A stretch of DNA of 63,990 bases, filler included, from an uncultured Gemmatimonadota bacterium (GTDB lineage: Bacteria; GCA-2686955): the NCBI GenBank assembly GCA_964490075.1. It is 3 parts of 3 records of this genome, joined end to end, with 100 filler letters (N's around TTAATTAATTAA, not from the genome) between each part and the next. Parts side by side here need not be neighbours in the genome. Positions count along the whole stretch, not along the records: positions 1 to 24,040 come from CAZBBK010000077.1; 2 more parts are not named here. The stretch is one strand, 5' to 3'. Positions 9,724 to 17,604 of the stretch are shown here, one piece after another. The stretch's first letter is position 1, and each line of letters begins with the position of its first letter. The notes beneath the pieces were generated by a model. It was not told the origin of the DNA and did not search any database. It saw nothing but the letters and a program-made list of their open reading frames with translations. Both the position numbers and the translations under genes were made by a program.

Positions 9724-10521
9724 TCAAATACGTCGCAGCCGACCGCCGTCCACCGCCAAGCTCACGCCGCGGATGCCGCTGGCGGCGGGAGAGGCCAAAA
9801 AAGTGATGGCTGCGGCGGTCTCCTCGGGGCGGATCAGTCTGCCTTCGGGCACCGGAGCGATCCAGTCCTGGCGGATCTCCTCCTTTGAGCGCCCGCCGCG
9901 TGCCGCCTGGGCGCGCGCCAGCTCGTCGAGCCGCGGGGTGTCGGTGTAGCCCGGAAGAACGTTGTTGTTGGTGATGCCGGGCGGCAGCTCGTTGGCCAGG
10001 GATTTGCTCCACGCCGCCATCGCACCGCGCACGGTGTTGCTGACACCCAGATTGGGCACCGGCTCGTAGACCGAGATCGAGATCACGTTGACGATCCGGC
10101 CGTAGCCGCGTTTCCGCATTCCGGGAAGCAGCTTGCGCACCAGCAGGTGGGAAGCCAGCAGGTGGCGGCGCAGGGGGCTCAGGAAATCCTGCTCGCGGGC
10201 CTCGAGCAAGGGTCCGCCGGGGGGACCGCCGGAGTTGTTGACCAGGATCTCGATCGGCCCGCGCTCCTCGAGCAGCCGATCGATCTTGGCCTCGAGCTCG
10301 GCGCTCCGCTCCAGGTCGGCGACCAGCGCCGCGGGCTCAGGGGCGCCGGCGGCGTTCAGCTCCGCCACCAGCGCCCGCAGCCGATCGTCGCCGCGGGCGA
10401 GCGCCGTGACCCGGGCGCCGGCAGCGGCCAGCGCATGCGCGGCGGCGCGGCCGATGCCGCTGCTGGCCCCACAGACCAGCGCGCGACGTTCGGCGAGAAT
10501 GGGTGTGTCGCTTTCGGGCAT
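9724..10521 (-). CDS. SDR family oxidoreductase (FabG-like)
   Basis: CGASSGIG, NNSGGP, NVLPGYTDT, VDGG. Confidence 0.92.
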   Translation of the reverse strand: MPESDTPILAERRALVCGASSGIGRAAAHALAAAGARVTALARGDDRLRALVAELNAAGAPEPAALVADLERSAELEAKIDRLLEERGPIEILVNNSGGPPGGPLLEAREQDFLSPLRRHLLASHLLVRKLLPGMRKRGYGRIVNVISISVYEPVPNLGVSNTVRGAMAAWSKSLANELPPGITNNNVLPGYTDTPRLDELARAQAARGGRSKEEIRQDWIAPVPEGRLIRPEETAAAITFLASPAASGIRGVSLAVDGGRLRRI

Positions 10522-10605
10522 GGCGGCTCCGGATGCTGGATGGGGATCGTGCGCTCAGCTTACACCGGCGGCGGCGGGTGGCGGATCATGGTATCGTTGC
10601 CGGCC

Positions 10606-12333
10606 ATGTGCGGCATCGCGGGCATCTGGGGGGACCGAGGCGACATCTGGGCGCTCACGCGCACCTTGACGCATCGGGGCCCCGACGACCACGGCGTGTT
10701 CGAGAACGGCGGGTTGAAGCTGGGCTCGGCGCGCCTGGCGGTCATCGATCCGGGGCGCGCGCGCCAGCCGATGGCCGCCGCCGGTGAAGCGTTGCACGTG
10801 GTCTTCAACGGCACGATCTACAACTTTCGCGAGCTGCGCGGCGAGCTGCGCGACCAGTACCCCTTCGCGCTCGACAGCGATACCGAGGTGATCCTGGCGG
10901 CCTGGCGGGCCTGGGGCACAGGCTGCTTCGAACGATTCAACGGCAACTTCGCGATCGCGCTCTGGGACGGGTCGCGCCTGGTGTTGGCGCGCGACCGTTT
11001 CGGTGAGAAGCCGCTCTACTGGACCCGCCACCACGGCACCTTCCTCTTCGCATCGGAGATCAAAGCCTTGCTGGAGGAGGTGCCGGCGATCCCGCGGATC
11101 GAAGAGGATTTCGCGGCGCTGGAGACCGGTGCCGGGAATCGGACCCTTTTCCAGGGCATCGAGTCGTTTCCACCGGCGCATTTCGCGCAGCTCGAGCACC
11201 CCGAAGATCCGTTGCGCCCGCAGCCGTACTGGACCTTGCCCCCCGCACTCACCGAGGAATCGCCACGGCGCGGCGAGTCGGATTTGGTCGAGGAGTTGCG
11301 GGCGCTCTTGATCGACTCGGTGCGGCTGCGCCTGGTCTCCGACGTGCCGCTCGGGCTCTTCCTCTCGGGCGGGCTCGACTCGGCGCTGATTGCCTGCATC
11401 GCCCAACCCGATCGGGTATTCAGCTGTCACTTCCCGGCCGGTCCCGGATTCGAGGAGATCTCCTACGCGAAGATGGTGGCGGAGAAGATCGACGCCGAGC
11501 ATACGGTGGTGCAGCCGACCTGGAGCGAGTTCCGCGACCAGCTGCCGCGGATCATCCGCCATCTCGACGAGCCGGTGGCCACGCCATCGCCGATCGCCGA
11601 GAACGCCCTGGCGCGCGCCGCCAAGGGGAAGGTCAAGGTGGTGCTCGGCGGCCAGGGCGCGGACGAGTGCTTCGGCGGCTACGTACGCTATCTCTTCCTG
11701 CAGATGGAACAGGAGCTGGCCAAATCTCCGCAGCTCGCCGCCTACCACCCGATGGCGCGACACTTCTGGGGCGTCGGGGCATTTGGGAGTTGCGCCGATC
11801 GCTACCTTTGGATGCTGCGCCGCGGCCCCGCGCTGCCGCCCTACTTCGAGGCCGAGATTCGCGACCTCTTCCAGCGCGGTGGCGAGATGGTCGACCGCGC
11901 CGGCTACGCCGATCTGTCGGTGACGCTGCCTTCGCTCTTGACCATGAACGACCGCGCGTCGGCCGCCGAAGGGCTGGAGAATCGCTGTCCCTTCCTCGAC
12001 CACCGGCTGGTCGAATTCGCATTCGCCTTGCCGCCCGGCCACAAGATCCGCGGCTTGCGCACCAAGCACCTGTTGCGCAAAGCGGCCCGCGGGCTGGTTC
12101 CCGACCCGGTCATCGATCGCACCGACAAGATGGGCCTGGTGGTTCCGGTCAACCGCTGGTTGGACGGTCCCCTGGCGGCGTGGTCGCGCGAGCTCGAAGA
12201 GGGGCTGCGGCGGCGCGGCTTCGCGCACCTCGAACACGGCAGCGACCGTGGCGAGTTCGACCGCAACCGCTACACGCGGATCTGTCTCGAGCTGTGGTTC
12301 CGCGAGGTGATCGACAAGCACTCCTACGCTTGA
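10606..12333 (+). CDS. asnB: Asparagine synthase (glutamine-hydrolysing) family amidotransferase
   Basis: N-terminal MCGIAG, HRGPD, RDRFGEKPLY, LSGGLDS, GQGADE, PFLD. Confidence 0.93.
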   Translation: MCGIAGIWGDRGDIWALTRTLTHRGPDDHGVFENGGLKLGSARLAVIDPGRARQPMAAAGEALHVVFNGTIYNFRELRGELRDQYPFALDSDTEVILAAWRAWGTGCFERFNGNFAIALWDGSRLVLARDRFGEKPLYWTRHHGTFLFASEIKALLEEVPAIPRIEEDFAALETGAGNRTLFQGIESFPPAHFAQLEHPEDPLRPQPYWTLPPALTEESPRRGESDLVEELRALLIDSVRLRLVSDVPLGLFLSGGLDSALIACIAQPDRVFSCHFPAGPGFEEISYAKMVAEKIDAEHTVVQPTWSEFRDQLPRIIRHLDEPVATPSPIAENALARAAKGKVKVVLGGQGADECFGGYVRYLFLQMEQELAKSPQLAAYHPMARHFWGVGAFGSCADRYLWMLRRGPALPPYFEAEIRDLFQRGGEMVDRAGYADLSVTLPSLLTMNDRASAAEGLENRCPFLDHRLVEFAFALPPGHKIRGLRTKHLLRKAARGLVPDPVIDRTDKMGLVVPVNRWLDGPLAAWSRELEEGLRRRGFAHLEHGSDRGEFDRNRYTRICLELWFREVIDKHSYA

Positions 12334-12339
12334 AATCCC

Positions 12340-13050
12340 GTGCGCTACGACCGGGCCTTCTACATCAACCTGGACTCCAGCCCGAGGCGGCGGCGCAAGC
12401 TGCTGGCCTGCTGCGCGCGGGGCGGGCTCCATGACCTGCGACGCTACTCGGCGATCGACGGGCACCGGGTCGACATCGCCACCTACCAGGAGCGCGGCCT
12501 GCTGGCAGCGGATCTCGCGGTGCGCATGGCCGGCAGCCTGGGCTGCTTCCTCAGCCATGTGACGCTTTGGCAGCGCCTGCACGACGACCCCCAGTGCGAG
12601 GTCGCGCTGATCCTGGAGGACGACGCGCGTCCCCGGCGCGGCTTCGCCGCCGCGCTCGCCGCCCTCGAAGAGGAAGAGGTCCCCGAGGACTGGGACATGA
12701 TCTGGCTGGGCTACTTTCGCGCCCGCGGGACGCCGATCGGCACCCGTTTCATCAAGCCGCGCTTCCCTTCCGGGCGCGGCGAAAACTCCGGCCATTTCTG
12801 TTACTTGATCCGCGCACGCAGCGTGCCGAAGCTGATCGACATCCTCACACCCTACGACAACCGCTCGTCGAAAGACGTGCTGCTGCGCAGGAGCTTCGAC
12901 CGCTTCAACGCCTACTTCCTCACCCCACGCATCGCCAGCTCGGCGAAAGGGCGTTTCATCTCCGACCGGCAACGCGTCAACGCGCGCGCCGCGGGCCGCG
13001 GGCCGATCCGGGCGCTGCTGCATCGTCTGCGACGCGAGCTGCGCGGGTGA
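12340..13050 (+). CDS. Glycosyltransferase family 25 protein
   Basis: FYINLD..RR, AIDG, GCFLSH..LW, LILEDD. Confidence 0.85.
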   Translation: MRYDRAFYINLDSSPRRRRKLLACCARGGLHDLRRYSAIDGHRVDIATYQERGLLAADLAVRMAGSLGCFLSHVTLWQRLHDDPQCEVALILEDDARPRRGFAAALAALEEEEVPEDWDMIWLGYFRARGTPIGTRFIKPRFPSGRGENSGHFCYLIRARSVPKLIDILTPYDNRSSKDVLLRRSFDRFNAYFLTPRIASSAKGRFISDRQRVNARAAGRGPIRALLHRLRRELRG

Positions 13051-13058
13051 TCTTCGAA

Positions 13059-13991
13059 TCAGACCGGATAGCCGAGCGCGCCCAGGTCGACACCCAGCCG
13101 TTCGTTCAGCTGGCGGTTGCCTGACTCGAAGTAGGCTGCGATCTTCTCTTCTTGCTCGTCTCTGAACTCTGTATCGAGCGGCGTGCCGCGCGCCAGGAAG
13201 CGATAGAACGCCGGCCGAACACGAGCACGCATCAGAATTCCTTCCCAGGGGAGCCAGGGCAGACTCTGGGCGAATCGTCGCCAGGCGGCGTGCCTCGTAG
13301 TCACTCGCGGATTGCGGTTGCGGCCGTGTCTGGCATGATAGGTCGCGATCGCCCGCTCGGGATCGATGCCGATGAAACCGGCGAGCTCGCCCAGATAGCT
13401 CTCGGCGTCGGCGCGGAAGTCCTCGAAGAGGAGCACGCAGATGTTCTGGGCGCCGAAGAGCCCGTCGTAGAGCTCGACCAGCGCGGCGTAGTCGAAGAGA
13501 TAGAGCCTGCTCTCTTCACTGCCCGCGCGGAGCTCGTCGTCGATCCAGTCGCGGAAGGGTCGGTTCCGCAGAATGCCCAAGTTGATGAGCTGGGCGTAGA
13601 TCGAGGGCAACAGGTCGAGCTGATTGCGGATGGTGACGATGACCCGGGCCGCGGGGAAGAGCCGCCGCAGCCGCTGGGCGATCAGACGGCGGTCGACGCG
13701 GGTGCGGGCGGTGCCGGTCGAGAACTCCTCTTCGGAGATCAGGACGCGCTCGTGGGAGCCGTGCAGCAGGGGGCGGATCCACTCACGCTCGAAGGACTCG
13801 AGGTGACGCTCGAAGGTCTCGGAATCCTGCTCCACGATCGGCCGGATGGTCCGCCGCATCCCTGGATCGTGGAACAGCAGCGGCTTGCCGAGATAGTGCC
13901 AGTCCGGGTGGGCCGCGAAGAGATCGATCTGCAGCGATGTGGTGCCGGTCTTCGGCAGACCGATATGCAAGATGACCTGGGGCGCTTCCAT
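13059..13991 (-). CDS. Sulfotransferase family protein
   Basis: HIGLPKTGTTSLQ PAPS-binding loop; ISEE; IRNQ..S.Y. Confidence 0.88.
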   Translation of the reverse strand: MEAPQVILHIGLPKTGTTSLQIDLFAAHPDWHYLGKPLLFHDPGMRRTIRPIVEQDSETFERHLESFEREWIRPLLHGSHERVLISEEEFSTGTARTRVDRRLIAQRLRRLFPAARVIVTIRNQLDLLPSIYAQLINLGILRNRPFRDWIDDELRAGSEESRLYLFDYAALVELYDGLFGAQNICVLLFEDFRADAESYLGELAGFIGIDPERAIATYHARHGRNRNPRVTTRHAAWRRFAQSLPWLPWEGILMRARVRPAFYRFLARGTPLDTEFRDEQEEKIAAYFESGNRQLNERLGVDLGALGYPV

Positions 13992-14069
13992 CGTCCTCTC
14001 CCTCGGCGACCCTGGGCTCGGGCTCGAGCCTCCACATGGGTCACGCGCGTCCGATGACGAAAGCCTAGC

Positions 14070-14510
14070 TCATCCGGCGTAATCGGCGAGCCGCTCTCTC
14101 AGCGCGGGCCACTGAACGGTGAGCATGCGATCGGCCAGCGGATAGAGGATCCCCTCCTCTTTCACGTTGTGCTGCTGGATCAGCATCAGCAGCGTGTCGC
14201 CCTGATCGAGCACCGAGTCGAAGTCGCCCGCCGCTGCCGCCTCTCCCATCTGATCCAGGAGCCCGCGCATCTGCTGGTGCTCGCCGCGCATCACGGCGGT
14301 GGGCCCGGCATCGACCATCCCCGTCACGCTCTCGATGGCCGGGAAAAGCACCTCCTCCTCCATGGCGTAGTGGCGACGCATCGCCGCATCGAAACGCGAC
14401 CAGTGCTCTTTCGCCTCCTCCCCGCGCCCCGCGTCGGCGGCGGCCTCCAGTGCGGCCCACTGGCTGTCGCAGGCGCGGTGATCCTCGGTGAAGAACTGAG
14501 ATGGATTCAA
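14070..14510 (-). CDS. Hemerythrin/HHE cation-binding domain protein
   Basis: DHR, H..MEEEVLFP, EH..MR, HNVKEEGILYP. Confidence 0.92.
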   Translation of the reverse strand: MNPSQFFTEDHRACDSQWAALEAAADAGRGEEAKEHWSRFDAAMRRHYAMEEEVLFPAIESVTGMVDAGPTAVMRGEHQQMRGLLDQMGEAAAAGDFDSVLDQGDTLLMLIQQHNVKEEGILYPLADRMLTVQWPALRERLADYAG

Positions 14511-14571
14511 GGGTCTGACCTTTCGTTCGAATCGTGGGGACGCGTGGGCGCCGATTCCGCCTCACGCGGAA

Positions 14572-14587
14572 GTTATCATATGATAAC
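14572..14587. promoter_or_regulatory. Perfect 16-bp palindrome GTTATCATATGATAAC, candidate TetR operator
   Basis: AT-rich perfect palindrome in the short divergent spacer between the hemerythrin and TetR genes. Confidence 0.7.
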
Positions 14588-14618
14588 ATGGCGGGCAACG
14601 TCACCGAGGAATCCGAAG

Positions 14619-15692
14619 ATGAGCCGCCGCGAGGAAATCGTCGACACGGTGCTCGGTCTGCTGGCCGACACGCCCCTCGAGAAGATCTCGACGCGTCAGG
14701 TCGCGCGCGCGCTGGGCGTGAGCCAGCCGGCCCTGTTTCGCCATTTCCGCAGCCGCGAGGACCTACTGGTGGCAGTGGTGGCCGCGGCACGGGCGGCGCT
14801 GGCCGCAGAGGCCGAGCAGATCTTGCGCCGCGAGCGATCGGGCTTGGGTCGGCTGCGGGCGCTGGCGCGGGTGATCCTGGAGCACGTGGAGCGCAACCCG
14901 GGGCTGCCGCGGCTGATCTTCGGACGCTCCGCGAGCACCGGCAACCCTCTGGCGACGGCGCTGCGCCACCTGGTCGCTATGCAGCGCGCGGCGGTGCGCG
15001 AGCTCTACCTGCAGGGGCGCCGCGAAGGGAGCTTCGCGGCCGAGGGCTCGCCGGATCGCGCCGCGTCGGTGTTCATCGGCACGATCCAGGGAACCGTGCT
15101 GCAGTGGGAGCTGGCCGGACGTCCGGCCGGTCTGTCGAGCGAGGCCGATCCGCTTTTCGATCTCTGGCTGCACGGCGTGAGCAGCCGCGGAGAACCGGCA
15201 CCGGCGGAGCGGGAGGCGCCCGGGCCCGCGCTCCACGGTCTTCCCCCCCCTCCCGTCCTGCGCGAGCTCGACGTCCGTCCGCTCATCGACCGCGGCGAAG
15301 ACCCCCTCGAGACAATTCTGGCGGCGCTCGACGAGACCCCGCGCGGCAGCGTGCTGTTGATCCGTGCGCCCTTCCGGCCGGCGCCCCTGATCGCGCTCCT
15401 GGAAGAGCGCGGCCACGGTGTCGAAGCCGATCCGGTGGAGGGGAAGGAGTGGGCGGTCGAGGTCGCCATCGGCGATCCCGAGATCGTCGACCTGCGCGAC
15501 CTGGAGGCGCCGGAGCCGCTGGAGCGGGTGCTGGAAGCGGCCTCCGCGATGCGCGCCGAGGAGACCTTCCTGGCGCGGGTGCCGCGCATGCCGCGGGCGC
15601 TGCTGCCGATTCTGGCGGAGCGGGGGATCGATCACCAGGTCATGGATCGGGGCGATCGGGGCGCGCTGGTGCTGCTGAGGGCAGAGCCTTGA
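14619..15692 (+). CDS. TetR-family regulator fused to two DUF2249 (SirA-like) domains
   Basis: TetR HTH STRQVARALGVSQPALFRHF; C-terminal LDVRP..P..IL..PF.P.PL and DLRDLEAPEPLERVL repeats. Confidence 0.85.
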   Translation: MSRREEIVDTVLGLLADTPLEKISTRQVARALGVSQPALFRHFRSREDLLVAVVAAARAALAAEAEQILRRERSGLGRLRALARVILEHVERNPGLPRLIFGRSASTGNPLATALRHLVAMQRAAVRELYLQGRREGSFAAEGSPDRAASVFIGTIQGTVLQWELAGRPAGLSSEADPLFDLWLHGVSSRGEPAPAEREAPGPALHGLPPPPVLRELDVRPLIDRGEDPLETILAALDETPRGSVLLIRAPFRPAPLIALLEERGHGVEADPVEGKEWAVEVAIGDPEIVDLRDLEAPEPLERVLEAASAMRAEETFLARVPRMPRALLPILAERGIDHQVMDRGDRGALVLLRAEP

Positions 15693-16972
15693 TCGGTCCA
15701 GGCGCCGATTCCGGCCTGAGCTTCGAGCAGGCTCCCCCGCTGGCGATCCCGGCCAGTTTCTTCGTGACAGCACCGCTGGCCGTGGCCGCGGCGGGCTTCG
15801 TGTTGCTGGCGCATGGCAACCTGCCCTGGCTCTCTCCCTGGGAGCCGAGCGCCGTGGCCCTGGTCCATTTGGGCACTCTGGGCCTGATCACCATGGTGAT
15901 GTTCGGAGCGCTCTACCAGATTCTGCCGGTGGTCGCCGGGGCCGTAGTGCCAGCGCCGCGCTTGGCCCGCGCGGTGCATGCCGGCTTGACTGTGGGCGCC
16001 GCAGCCCTGGCAGCGGGGATGTTGCTAGGCGAAATCGGCCTGCTGTGGTGCGCGACCTTGCTGCTCGGCGCCACGCTTTTGGCCTTCCTGATCCCCACCG
16101 GCATGGCGCTCGCGCGCGCCCAGACCCGCGACGATACAGTGACCGGGATCAAGGTCGCCTGGGGCGCCCTGGCGCTGGCCGCGGCACTGGGAGTCACCCT
16201 GGCGACACTCTATGCCCTCAAGTGGTCGCCCGACCTGCGCCGCGAGCGGCTGATCTGTCACTGGACGCTGGCGGGAATCGGTTGGATCGGCGGGCTGCTC
16301 AGCGCGGTGTCGTGGCAGGTGATCCCGATGTTCTATCTGACGCCTCCCTGCGCCGCGCGCGTGCGCCGCGCGACGCTCGCCCTGCTGTCGGGGACGATTG
16401 TCGCGACGGTCGCGGTGTTCGCGCTGCGCGTGGCACAGCCCTGGCCGCTGCTGGCCGCGGCTCCGGGCGCGGCGGCAGTCTGGATCATCCACCCCCTCTG
16501 GGCACAGCGCGCCCTGTCGGCGCGACGCCGCAAGCGGGTCGACGACAGCATTCTGTTCTGGCGCCTCGGCCTGGCAGTGGCACCGGCGATGCCGGTGCTG
16601 GCCGCGCTCGCCCATCTCTTGCCCGATCCGCGCCTCTCTGCGCTGGCCGGATGGTGCGGCATCTGGGGCTGGGCGGGCCTGATCATCCACGGCATGATGA
16701 GCCGCATCGTGCCCTTTCTGGTCTGGTTTCATCGTCTGGCGCACCTGGTAGGCAAGCAGCCGACCCCAAGCGCCAAGCAGCTCCTGCCGCGGCATCGGTT
16801 GCGCCTCGCATTCGGGCTGCACGCGGCGACCCTGGCAAGCGGATGTGTCGGGATTCTGCTCGGCGAAGCGGCCATCGCTCGCGTCACCGGCGTATTGCTG
16901 GTGCTGACCGGCGCCGCGATGCTGGCCTGGCTGCTGCCGGTGTTGCGCTTTCGGCTAGCCTCGCTCGCGTAG
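15689..16972 (+). CDS. Polytopic membrane protein of the type found with DUF2249/hemerythrin genes
   Basis: TTGA overlap; GLSFEQAPP, HLGTLG, GALYQILPVVAG, RIVPFLVWFH; about 12 hydrophobic segments. Confidence 0.8.
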   Translation: MIGPGADSGLSFEQAPPLAIPASFFVTAPLAVAAAGFVLLAHGNLPWLSPWEPSAVALVHLGTLGLITMVMFGALYQILPVVAGAVVPAPRLARAVHAGLTVGAAALAAGMLLGEIGLLWCATLLLGATLLAFLIPTGMALARAQTRDDTVTGIKVAWGALALAAALGVTLATLYALKWSPDLRRERLICHWTLAGIGWIGGLLSAVSWQVIPMFYLTPPCAARVRRATLALLSGTIVATVAVFALRVAQPWPLLAAAPGAAAVWIIHPLWAQRALSARRRKRVDDSILFWRLGLAVAPAMPVLAALAHLLPDPRLSALAGWCGIWGWAGLIIHGMMSRIVPFLVWFHRLAHLVGKQPTPSAKQLLPRHRLRLAFGLHAATLASGCVGILLGEAAIARVTGVLLVLTGAAMLAWLLPVLRFRLASLA

Positions 16973-17026
16973 ACACAATCCGCCGCCTGGTTCGTAGCCG
17001 AGCCGCTCCGCGGTCAGCCGCGGCGC

Positions 17027-17296
17027 CTGAGCGCGGTCAGCGGCCGATGCTGGTCGTGCCGCGATCAGCCACGGACACTGAGCAACCTCAGCAACCGATG
17101 CTGGCCACTCCACAGTCATGCAAGGCGCCTGAGCGCGGTCAGCGGCCCATTCCGGTCGCTTCACGGCCGCCCCGGACACCTGACCCGGGTCAGCGAGCAA
17201 TTCCGGTCGCTCCGCGGTCAACCGCGGCGCCTGAGTGAGGTCAGCAAACGTAGCTGGCCGCGCTACGGTCGGACGCGACCGCTGAGCGACGTCAGC
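17027..17296. repeat. Degenerate 51-bp-period array with CTGA-N6-TCAGC cores (6 units)
   Basis: Cores start at 17027, 17078, 17129, 17180, 17231, 17282. Confidence 0.9.
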
Positions 17297-17460
17297 AGCC
17301 GATGCTGGCAGCCGCGCGCTCGTCTCGCGCGCCAACGTGCCCCGCGCCGCGCTGGCAAGGCGCGACGACGAGTCACAGCCGGAGGCTACGGCGAAGCGGA
17401 GCAACAGCGAGCGACTCCGGGCACGCACCAACCGCAACCGGCACCTCGGTCAAAGCACCG

Positions 17461-17544
17461 CGCCGATTCGGCTGCGAGCGACTCCAAGTCGCTCGCCAGC
17501 CGCAATCGGCGCCCTGATGGCGACCAAAGGCCCGCCATCAGGGC
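17461..17544. other. Two adjacent strong hairpins
   Basis: 17461-17511: 23-bp stem with two bulged C and a CCA loop; 17511-17544: 12-bp stem GCCCTGATGGCG/CGCCATCAGGGC. Confidence 0.65.
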
Positions 17545-17604
17545 TCTTGACTGCCGAAGCGACGCGACCTATCACGTCCTCACCAACACATCGTGAGGTC
17601 GATC

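Noticed and set aside
17027-17296. The 51-bp array as a CRISPR array
   Set aside because: The constant part is only 9 bases split by a variable N6, the linkers resemble each other, and there is no likeness to the 37-bp CRISPR repeat
16955-17437. 160-aa minus-strand ORF with 17-aa repeats
   Set aside because: No clear RBS, overlaps the end of a real gene, and conservation includes wobble bases; treated as a by-product of the 51-bp DNA array, though not excluded
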